Assembly (NCBI GenBank): GCA_013265495.1
Contig: MU058844.1
Location: 7,005,260 to 7,069,259 of the forward strand
Source of the DNA: Vicugna vicugna
Taxonomy: Eukaryota
Length of the DNA: 64,000 bases
Reading direction: 5' to 3'
Shown: one piece after another, positions 28,101-38,400 of the stretch
How the letters are laid out: each line of letters opens with the position of its first letter
Position numbering within the stretch: position 1 is the first letter of the stretch
Notes under the pieces: model-generated
Database searches by the model: none
Told to the model about the DNA's origin: nothing
What the model saw: the letters and a program-made list of their open reading frames with translations, nothing else
Made by a program: the position numbers and the translations under genes

Positions 28101-29300
28101 TTCAAATTTGCATGTTCTTTGGTAAATAAAATCTCTTTTAAGTTTATTTGTTTAATTAGGACAGGCATATCTTTAGAGTTATCAGCATTAAACTTATTTT
28201 TATTATTATTTTACTTTTATTTTATTATTATACTTTTATTATACCTAGGTTTACTAAAAGTCAAAAAAAGCTTATGTTATCTGTTGCAGAATTTGTCAGC
28301 AAGAAAGTGAACTTAATGCCTCATTAAATTTTTAATAGTAATTTAAACGTAATTGTTAAGAACAAGTAAATTAAGCAGAAGTGAAAAAGATAAAAGTTTA
28401 AAAATGAACTTTTCAACAATTATCTTTCTTTATTCTGTGTCTACTTAAAAAGTTTCCAAAATATTTTTGTTAACTTGAAACCTTAAAGTTATACTGAGAT
28501 AAGTAAAATGATGGCTATTCATTAAATATCTGGATCATTTCTAAACAAGATAAAACACTAATTACTGAACATAGATTTATCTACTTTGGCTTCATTTTAC
28601 AGAGGAACTAAGATATTTGGATCTATTACTAAACATGATATATAACACATTAGAAAATTTATTTTGAGGAAGAATATACTTTAGAAATTATGAAATGTAT
28701 ACATTTGCCAATCCGCAGAATGCTTGCATAACAGACAGTCCACAATTACTTATTTCTTAGTTTTCACTAGTATTAGGATTCTAAGAACTAAGAACTCTAA
28801 TCAATACATGTAATTAAAACCGCTGAGAAACAGTAAGGGTGAAAGGAAGCACTTGTGTATGAAATGTGTGTGAAGTAAAAGGACTGTCTATTCCAGCATG
28901 AGTAAAAGGGAAAAGCAAACAAACAAAAAATAAACTAAAAACATAAGACAAAATCTGAATGCATGTAAGTAAAATTGTAGAAAGGTTTTGGAAAAGGAAT
29001 CTTGGGAGATAAATGTTATATGCAGCCAAGCTGGTTTATTGGAATTGTACTTTTTTAAGTTTTTAAAAGAATGAATTTTAATATAAAAATACACTCGTGC
29101 AAAATTAGAATTGATTTTCTCTCTTTTAATTCAAAAGACAAAGTTTTATGGATTATTGGTCTCCTCTTGATAAGAGATTCTGAAAGTTTTTTTGTTTGTT
29201 TCCCCTTTGAGTCTTCTACTTTAAAAACAAGAATTTTGTAACTTACCAAATAATTTACTGTACTTCATATTGTCTCTGAGTTTTCCAACCTGAACAACTT
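25116..29300 (+). mobile_element. Decayed ERV1-class (MER4/MER34-group-like) provirus remnant
   Basis: Begins TG with a short LTR piece (aaaatggagttgcctttgctaagccc); gag and protease remnants; long AT-rich internal region typical of non-autonomous MER4-group elements; no 3' LTR seen. Confidence 0.7.
25773..26040 (+). pseudogene. Retroviral gag matrix remnant
   Basis: With two frameshifts reads MGFSC..TPAYLL/YKNCG..SCRCLQKWQNLTK/DNLEL*WSLWSAFQLDKMVYLRNTLE..QTECDTYFSWYAEASK, a gammaretrovirus-like MA pattern starting MG. Confidence 0.65.
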
Positions 29301-29319
29301 GGAAAATAAAATTGTTTTT

Positions 29320-29830
29320 TGCAGAGATTGTGAAGAAATAGACTTGTATTGGTGATGTGGTGAATGGAGTATTCAGAAACTAAGTTTCCAGTGTGTTCTT
29401 TTTAACAGTTCTATTAGATATTCAGGTGGAGATGTCAAATAATTAAGTTGGTTACATGAGCAAGATGAGGAGAGAGCTGTAGGCTCAAGATACTAATCTA
29501 GGAGTTACTACAATATTTAAAGCAACTTCTGAGTTCAACAAAGATTTGATAGAAATTAGAATATAGATGATAAAGAAATCTTAAGAGAGAAATTTAGGGC
29601 ATTACAATTTTTAGGGTTTGGAGTGTAAACAGAAGATTGAGAAATGATCTCAACTTTTAGGGTTTGTTGATAAAAAAACAAGATTGAAAAAGAGACCCTA
29701 AAAACATAGAAATAAAGCCATGAGACCATGGATTATAGGAAACTGGATGAAGGCAGGAGGTGGGAATGAGTCATCAACTCTTACTAATGGGGCAGGTAGA
29801 ATGAGAATAGAATAGAGAACTGATTTTCAT
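29320..29830 (-). mobile_element. L2 (continuation after ERV)
   Basis: ctattagatattcaggtggagatgtcaa...ggagagagctgtaggct...gtagaatgagaatag. Confidence 0.7.
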
Positions 29831-30489
29831 CTAAACCTTTAGTTTAGAATTGTCAAATTCAAGAGATTTCATATTATTCCACATGATAAAATAATTCTAC
29901 AAATTAGAAAAGAAGGACAATAGTTAATTGTATTTTCCAGTACTGATCAGATAGTTACAGAAAGTTGGGACCATGTCCAAGAATGCCAAATAATTCTCAA
30001 TCTATTAATATGGAAATAAGATTTTCTGGCACATGGAGAAAGAGGTCATAGTTCCTTACCCTTTTAAAATAGCTCTGAGACAGTAATTTTGGGGTGTATT
30101 TGTATTACTGTTACTTCATGCTGTGCTCATTATCTCATCTGCTTTCTATGTTATTTTGGGGGAGCAGGGATATTTTCCCTGCTTGGTTTCAGACATTTGC
30201 TGTTAAACTCATAAATGCAGAACTTGGTGGCATGTTGAAAATTTTTCCTTTGACCTCTTAATTAAATATAACGTTCACCAGTCTCTTTTTTGTTTTTCCT
30301 TGTTTCAGTTTTACTGAGCCCTTCATTTTGACAGGTAAAACTAGTATTCTTATGACATGATATAATCTTTAGCCAATTGACATTTAAATCTTAGACTGCT
30401 GTACATTTTCCTTAACTGCCTAATCCTTAACATGCTTTTTTGAATGAAGAAAAAACCCTTTTGGCCACACTAAGGTTCCATCATTGTTT

Positions 30490-30720
30490 GGTCTCACCAC
30501 ATGACTAGTTCTGATCAAAGAGCTGATAGAGGAGTGTGGCAGTTTAACTGCCAACACAAGGTTATCTGGAGCTTTTATTTCTCTTGCACATCAATGGAGC
30601 TTTGAGAAGGTGGTCGCTCCATCAGTCTGGGTTCCTGAGAAACTGTGATGAGCCGAGCATTCTCTTCCCACCCTGCTGACCTGTGGTAGATGTGTGGTGA
30701 AATATAAAATACATCTTTTA
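30490..30720 (+). mobile_element. MaLR LTR fragment (MLT1J/K-like)
   Basis: ccatcagtctgggttcctgagaaactgtgatgagccgagc...ctgctgacctgtggtagatgtg. Confidence 0.65.
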
Positions 30721-30782
30721 TTTTTTATTCTTACTTACTTAAAAATTATTAAGATACTACCTTCAAGTTATAATAAAATCCT

Positions 30783-30863
30783 CATAATAGCTCATCTTTT
30801 ATTGAGCATTAATTACTTTCTAAGTGCTGTTCAAATAACTTAATGTTCATTAATTTATTAAAT
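30783..30863 (-). mobile_element. MIR, left half (split by MULE)
   Basis: ataatagctcatcttttattgagcatt...gtgctgttc...cattaatttattaaat follows the antisense MIR 3' part. Confidence 0.7.
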
Positions 30864-30973
30864 GGATTAGCCAACATTTGATCATGTCTAAATGTTTATT
30901 GAGACATTTGATCTGCCAAAAAGTCTTTGATATTTAGTCCATGCCAAATTGGCCTTAATATTTGGGCCTGTCA
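30864..30973 (+). repeat. Left terminal inverted repeat of MULE
   Basis: 30874-30909 matches the reverse complement of 33198-33234; 30942-30973 matches the reverse complement of 33132-33163. Confidence 0.85.
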
Positions 30974-31089
30974 AAAGTATCTATGCTTAGAAAACATCCC
31001 TGGGTTCAAATAGCCCACATGTGTTTATATTTATTGTTGACAAGATTGATACATAAATAATATTATGTTTTATTGGTCCAATAATTGGT

Positions 31090-31836
31090 TGGGGTTGTAT
31101 TGCCATTAATAACCTTCTTGCTTTGGTAGACTAGCTGATAATTGCACATGGAGTTAGGTAGATGAGTCAGGGTTTTAATCTTGCAGAAGAGTGGGGTTTA
31201 TATTAACTGTATGTACTGAGGAAGCTCAGTTTGGGAAATGCACAGAGGACAAGCCCAGCATGAGATCTCACAATGTGCAATGTGTTAATATGATACTGAG
31301 CATTTCTTTCGTTGTGGCTTGATCATTCAATAAGTGTGGAATTTGAAAGGAGGAACTTCGTCAAGTTGTTATATGTAAAATGGGCCATGAACATATTGAC
31401 ATACTTTACAGAGTCTCACTTATTTTGGAGGAGTAAGAATGGATTTGGCTCTCCTACTGCATAGCTGTTGAGTGTATTGATACCATGAGGTGATACTAGG
31501 CATCTAATTAACACTCCTGCAAGCATTCCGTTGTCTAGCGTTAGTGGGTAATGTTTCCCTTGAATTGATGTCCTGTAAAGGGATGATAGCAGTTGACCAC
31601 AAGAGGTGTCTGCTGCTATTTAAATAGGCTTTAGTGGGTGTGATTCCCACATTTACCTGCTAATCAGTGAGGACCACCACGCCTTTGGCTGCTGCTTACT
31701 TACTGGTTGATCCAGCCTGGGTGAACATGGAGTCGGATCTATAAGACATTAGTAAGGTTTCTCCCTACCAGTAAAACCAGCAATCATTGGTCAGATGGCT
31801 ACATACATACAAATACACATACATACATGCACACAC
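31090..31836 (+). mobile_element. Probable 3' end of a non-LTR retrotransposon inside the MULE
   Basis: One frame gives LHMELGR* (31142-31165) and CAMC*YDTEHFFRC (31274-31315); followed by ~450 nt non-coding sequence and a (TACA)n-type tail at ~31800-31836. Confidence 0.5.
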
Positions 31837-31845
31837 CCTTTTTCT

Positions 31846-31858
31846 GTTACTTGGCAAC
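31846..31858. promoter_or_regulatory. RFX X-box-like motif upstream of the transposase ATG
   Basis: gttacttggcaac (reverse complement GTTGCC-A-AGTAAC), 33 nt before an ATG in strong Kozak context (AgtATGG). Confidence 0.3.
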
Positions 31859-31891
31859 ATGACCTTTTTATTTGAAAATTCTTAGTGGAGT

Positions 31892-33131
31892 ATGGCAGAA
31901 ATAGTATACCCACAGAAAGAAAAGCCAATGCTACATTATAATGGCTTTTGTTACCAGTCCCATTCTTTTAACAGAGTTTGGAGTAAAATGTACAGATGGT
32001 GTAAAGAGAGGAGAATCTGCAATGTCCAGTGTATAGCTAGTCAGAATTTGGAGAACATTACAATCATTCTAGATGGGACAGGAAAACATAAGCACAAGGT
32101 TGATATTGAAGGGGAAAGGAGGAACACCCTGAATGGGTTAAAACAACACACAGAAGAACCAAATGCAGTAGCATCACAAGTACTTCAAAAAAATCTCCAT
32201 GATATTCATGATAAAGAGCAGAAAGCAATTTATTAAAGAAGCAAGTAAACAGAATTCAGAACAGACCTTGACCTCCAAACCCAAATTCATTGCATGGAAG
32301 TAAAATTCCAGCAGAATATGAAGTGACCAGATGGGGAGCATTTCTTATGCACGGTTTCAGTGCTCAAGATGATGAAAGTTATATAGACAGCTTATGACAG
32401 TATTTGATATTTAATTGTCAGTACCACATTATTCAGTGATGGTACCTTCAAGGTGGTACCAACACAGTTCACTCAGTTATGTATGTGCACCGTGTAGTAT
32501 TGGGTTATATTATGCTAGGATATATGCACTAATAACAAAAAGGCAAGAAGACACAGATCTATATTTGAGCAAGTACTTGCATTTGTGTAAGAAAGAAATC
32601 TCAGCATTAACCCTTCATTGTGCACGATGGAATTTGAGATTGCAAATATGAACACAGTTTGACTATTCCTACCATATGCACAAATAAAATGCTGATTGGT
32701 GCACTTTTCTCAATCACTGTGGTGAAAAATATCTTCTTTAGCTGTCACATATGTATATGTGAGTATATGAAAATGGAAAAGAACACATGTAAGTGTGCAT
32801 CCATGTTGTTTGGACTTCCATTTGTGGCTTTGGAAGATGTAAATGAAATTTCTGAGTACACTGTGGAGAGAGCTGAAGAAAATTTAGATTGACATACGGA
32901 ATTATGTTGAGAGAGCGTATGGGTTCCTGAAAGGTACAGCAGAGATAGGAGAAAACCAGAAGCTCCATAATTTCCACCAGAAACTTGAATATTTATACAC
33001 CAGCACCAAACAGCAATCAGGAGGAACCACGCAGCAAAAGGCTGGCACAGCCAATTTCCAAAGCTGATGGTAGTGCAGCACCCTTCAATTTGGAGATGTG
33101 TTGAAGTGTTAAAAGACAAACAGAAAAGCAA
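31892..33131 (+). pseudogene. MULE transposase pseudogene (FLYWCH zinc finger + DDE domain)
   Basis: In order: MLHYNGFCY..KMYRWC..C..HKH (FLYWCH-like, ORF 31892-32236); FSDGTFKVVPTQFTQL (D at 32438); IYALITKRQE; TMEFEIA (DFE-like, 32624-32644); CTF/QSLW*KI (CxFHxxQ-like, 32700-32731); LFGLPFV; NYVERAY; FPPET*; RRNHAAKGWH (RTNNxxEGWH-like, 33019-33048); HPSIW. Many stops and frameshifts. Confidence 0.9.
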
Positions 33132-33240
33132 TGACAAGATCAAATTTCAAGGGCAATTTGACAAAGTTAAATCTATGTATTGTTTAATGAATCATGGAAA
33201 TGTCTTGATAGACATGTTGGACAGGACCAAATGTCCTTCC
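33132..33240 (-). repeat. Right terminal inverted repeat of MULE
   Basis: Reverse-complement match to 30864-30973; exact outer end uncertain (33240 to ~33256). Confidence 0.85.
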
Positions 33241-33249
33241 TGGGAGGAC

Positions 33250-33410
33250 TAAATGTTCACAGCAACCTATGAAGTAGTTACTGTGTCCATTTAATGGCAG
33301 AGAAAAAAAGAGACAAAGGAAGAATAACTTTTCTAAGATCACTCAATTAGTAGTTTGTGGAAATTATTTCTAGGAGAACCCAGAAAGTCTAATAGGACCT
33401 GCACTCAACC
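33250..33410 (-). mobile_element. MIR, right half
   Basis: tcacagcaacctatgaagtag...ccattt...taacttttctaagatcactcaattagtag...gaacccag continues the antisense MIR where the left half stops. Confidence 0.75.
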
Positions 33411-36400
33411 AGTAGATTCCTGTGTGATTAAATATTCCTTATATAGATTATTTTAGATGATTCATAATGTACTTGACATTTGGATGATGTTGGACATTAA
33501 TATTATTTCTAGTATTTTGCATGAATAATTTTGAGATAAACATTGGGTAAATTTTCCTCCTGTAGTTCAGAAAGTTTCTATGACTTAGGTGCCTAGAAGT
33601 GTCTATTCTGATTTAAAGAACATGAACTTTCTTTTTAGCCTCTTGAATATAAATTCCATATTGATATTTTTCTAAATTACTTTATTAGTTTAAACAACTC
33701 TCAGCAGTATATGAAAGAGTGCCCATTGAATGGATGTGGATCTCAATTCAGCCCAGAATTATGAGTAAATAGAGTTTAGAATGGAGTAAGGCTGTTTCAA
33801 CTTTGAGACCAGAAGTATGTGAAGGGCAGTATTTGGATTACACAATTTCTTTATTCTGCCTATCTTGTGACTTTCTCAGAATATATTTTCTGTACACCTA
33901 CTTATAAAATATTTATGTTCTAGATTCACATTGACTTGACCCAACGTAAAATACCAGTGTGTAATATTAGGAAGTAAGCAAAATAACTGAAAAAAATCCT
34001 GTGCAACACTGTATAAGGACTAAAGAGAGTGTCACAATGTTCAATTTTAAATTAAGAGGACAAAACAAACTCATAATATGGTAGGTAAGTGCAAACACAT
34101 GAAGGAAATGTTTACCAGGTTGAAATAACAAAGGAGAACAAATGAACCTAATCCAGGAATGAAAAATAGAATTACCATGCTTTTTTTTGTTAAGCATTAA
34201 TTTTTTATAGGGTTTAAAAGGATTTGAGTCATTTCTTGTGGTTATAGACTATACAGAATCCATTGCCAATGACGGTAATTATTATGCACACAGAACCTGG
34301 TGTGTTAGCAATGAAGTGAATCATGTATAAATGTAGAGAATAATGCTGGGAGAATCTTCTGCACCCTTTTCATTTGCCTTGTAAGTAGATTCTGAGAGAT
34401 AATCAAAAGTTCACTGAAAGAAAAAAATATTCCACATTTTTTTTCCTCTGTTTTCCAACTGTACTAGAAGAGTTCTTGCCTTCAAAGTTACATCACTTTT
34501 GTTCATCTCTATGGCCTCAGGGATCACCCAGTGGAAGTACTCACTAAATGATTGAAGTAAATAAGACTTCAATTTCGATTCTCACAATTGGAATCCAATG
34601 TTATACTCAATTTTCAGTTATAAAAGTTATTTGACTTAGTCATCTAACATCTCTTATCCATTTCCTTTTCTGTGTCTTACCTAACTAAATGTGCAACTAT
34701 GAACAAAAATAAAATTTAAGATAATCTACCTTTAGCAAACCTCTAAACTGCTCCTGTAGATGAAAACAAATGATGTTATGTCACCAAACTGAAGACAGTA
34801 TTTTCATTTCCAAATATCTGTAATATTAAATATATCTTTTGGACTTTGATATTAACTACAATTAAATTGTCTACTGAGCTATATTATTTCTTCTTCAACT
34901 TAATTGTAAATTCTTCAGTGTCATGAATTGCATCTTAATACACAATTTCCCTTTGTAGCACCTATAGTAATATCATATAAATATTATATAGTAAATAATC
35001 ACTTTTGTGTATTAACCATATTTAGATGTTACATTCTGAGCTCTGTAATATCAACAACTCTCATCTTTTTGTTCACAGTGCTTTAAAAACTACTTTATAA
35101 CTTTCATATATATAATGCATACTTTTAAATATAATATGGATCAGTGTGGTAATAGATGGATTGTCAGGGTAATTAAGATGTGTCTCACAGAATTTATGTA
35201 TAATCTTTTTGAGGAGTTTTGGTTTGAGGATATTAATTTTCTTTAAAATTCCTTTGAAATTTAAAAGGAACCACTGGGATTTTTGACAATGAGAGTAAAA
35301 AAAGATATCTTCTAGTTGGGATAAAAGGTGCCACTATGAAAATAGATTCCTTGAATAAATAATAACAACAATACATCTCTTTTTCCTAAATGTTTTTCTT
35401 ATAGTATTTCTATGAGAATAGAATTCACCTTTAGTTCTATTATAAAATGTAATGCATAGTTAAATGGTTTTACTACATCTAGAAATCGTTTAGGCCCAGA
35501 TTTAAACCTCTATATCTAGATCAAATACAACTATCTAAGAACATACTGATTGGTGATCCCAAATTCCAAAACTGATCTGGGAGTAGATAGAGGCAGTTAG
35601 GAGTTATGGCCCCAGTGCGTGTCTGTTGGCTCTCAGACAACTTAGTGTCAGCATTTAGTAGTCGTTTCTGCCGTGTGCTGGAAGGCATTGTCCTTTTACC
35701 TGTTGACATTTCCTTTGATGTTTCCATAATATATATTTCAAAAACCAAATAAAGTACTGTTTTACAAAGTAAAAATTTGAATTTTGATGTCTATTCAGGA
35801 GTGGATACAGAACATTAGAAACTTGTTTTACTATATTGAATCTGATATTTATTCAAACTTTGTGAGAAATCAAAAAATAGTTAAATCTGCAAATTTCTGT
35901 TCGTGTTTTTAAGGCCTTGAATGAAAATTTAACAGGAACTTTCCTTCATCAATCATAATGTGGTGTGATTTCAAGCTTGAAACATTGAGCCTTACATTAT
36001 AGTAGTTGATTTAATGGAATAGGAATTTTGGTTTCTAGTTAGATTCCTTTACACTCATGTAGGAAAAGGGTTAGAATTGAACTCAGTTGTTGTTATTTTC
36101 CAATTTCACAGATGTTCCTGCTTAAAATTTTACTGTAATTTTCCTGTCTCCTTATACAATTTGAGAAAAATAAAGTAAAATTTAATATTTTTGCTGAGTA
36201 TTATGATATTACTTTAGGTAAACGTATCAGTCTAGATATTAAGCATAAAAAAAACAAGTTGCAGGTGTCTGTAATATACTGATTGTCAAACAAATAATGA
36301 GATCATTAATTTTACCAGAAGATAATTCAAAATAACAAGGTTCCATTTAAAACACACAAACACCTGGGTCCCTAAATTTTATCTGTCTGTTTCTCCAAAA

Positions 36401-38234
36401 ATCAAATTGAGAACTTGTTCACAGGAACTCATAAAATGAACTATATTCTTATAAAAATGCAGCATAAAAATTAGGCATGTGAGTATCTGGAACTCAAACT
36501 GCCTTGAAACATTAAAGTCCTTAAATTGCTTCTAAAAGTGAATAGGAAATGAGTCCTGGCTGTGAGTTTTATGTGGCCAGGAACCTTCTGCAGGTGGGCT
36601 GTTGAATTATCCAGCCACTGTGTGTATAACTGAGCATATTCAAGATAAATCACAAATAGGTGTTGTTAAAATAATATGACCTTGGTCTTCAATTTCATGT
36701 GTTTATTTGACTATTTTCTAAAAAGAGGAAATTAAGCTGTCCTGTGCACTATTCATAGGTCAGTTATAGTAAATACATTTGTATTTGTTTCTGATTCTAG
36801 GTGTCTAACTAATGGTAAAGTCAAATTGAAAAGAACAAGATTGATTTAAATTGATAAAGAACATGTATTTATTGTTATTTTTTAAATATTCACTATGTGG
36901 AGTTTCAGACTAAACTGAATTGTAACGGCATTTTATTCAGATCAATGAATATGAGTCCATAAGACATAATTCAAAATTGAAATTCTTTGTACTTTTAATT
37001 AGCTCTCTGCATCTATTTATATAGGGAGTCTGTGAGGACAAGGTTTTTGTTGCTGTAATTATTTAATTTTTTAATACTATTTTAAGAATCCATTAAAATT
37101 TAAAGACACAGAGCACTAGCCTAATGGAAAAACAAGTAAAAATAGTGAATTGTTTTTCTGACTACATACTGCTATGCTCATAATATGTCAAAAATTTCTT
37201 CTCCTTTCTTTGTTGTAAGACTGAATCTCCCTTCCATTGCCCTCAAAATGTAAGAGAAAAGTAATTCTGCAGTCACACTGCAAATATCACCATTCTAACA
37301 TGGAATCATCTGCCTCTTCTTACTAAGGAGAGCAGGGACTATGAGTGATGACATTTCATATCAATGGCCCAGGACTGAAGTCGAGGTTTAGAACTGTCTC
37401 CAGAAGCCAGGAGAAGGTATAAGATGTGGAAGTATATATTTATTAGCAAAAAAGCTAATGCCAGAAATACCAACTCAAGATAAATAGAAGGTCATGAAAG
37501 TCAAATCTTTAAAGGTTCACCCCAGAGCCATGGATAAACTGAAGATAAAACAGATGTAAGCATAGAAACTCCATCTGTAAAACTCTCTGCAATGATAAGG
37601 ACCAAATTAGAGATAGGCTAGCTACCTTACTGATCTTAAAGTGTCTAGATTCACCAGGTGCAGTCTGACAAGTCTGTAATGGAAAAGAATATCAGTAATG
37701 CTTTTGATGTTTTTGATTACAACTATAATATCAATGATAATGGTTAACAGTGGGTTGCCTTAGATCAGAAATGAAAATCTTTGTGTTGGTCCTTCATCTT
37801 TATTATTGTCAGTGAAATCAAAGCCATTCATGTGTATTATTAAAGTAACTAAATGTGTTTTAATAGGTCATTCACCTTTATAATTATTTTTGTGTATGTT
37901 AATACTAAAATCATATTTCATATTGGTATACTCAAAATATCTTGTGGGTATCTATCAAAATGTCTTGTGAGTAACTGGTGTTGACAGCACTTGGTCACAG
38001 GCTTTGGTTGTAGGGGTAATGTTAAAGATACGGCCTGGAAAACAATTCCTGGTCAGGGAATTAAATTTAAAAACCTGAAATGAAAATGACAGTGCAAATC
38101 TAGAGACAAAAAAAAATCCTTGTATAGATTCTAGAGAAAAAAAATATGGATGAAGTTAAAAATCAGGAAACATTCAAGTACTGGAGATCAAGGGAGAAAT
38201 AATCAGAAGATAGAATGGCATAACTGAATGCGTG

Positions 38235-38400
38235 GAGGCATAAGCTGTGTAGATAGGGGATCCAAACTAAGCTCAACTTCTTACTAGCTAGAGTACATAA
38301 ACCTCAGTTTCATCACCTAAAAAAAAGGGATTCATAACAGCTGATTTATTGGTTTCATATGACTATTAAATGCAATAATATATATAAAGAATATAATGAG
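38235..38400 (+). mobile_element. MIR
   Basis: cttactagct...aacctcagtttcatcacctaaaaaaaaggga...attaaatgcaataatatatataaag. Confidence 0.7.

Larger units (their letters stand above)
30864..33240 (+). mobile_element. Fossil Mutator-like (MULE/MuDR) DNA transposon
   Basis: TIRs at ~30864-30973 and ~33132-33240 (hand-aligned blocks 30/37 and 25/32 identical) enclose a decayed FLYWCH-MULE transposase; flanked by two MIR halves. Confidence 0.85.

Noticed and set aside
32745..33143. 132-aa minus-strand ORF, the longest in the window
   Set aside because: Antisense shadow of the MULE transposase; no independent motif, and no evidence it is a mudrB-like second gene.
30855..33260. 9-bp target-site duplication for the MULE
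   Set aside because: Only partial similarity (ttattaaat vs ggactaaat), and the right-hand copy overlaps a TIR motif repeat, so it cannot be asserted.
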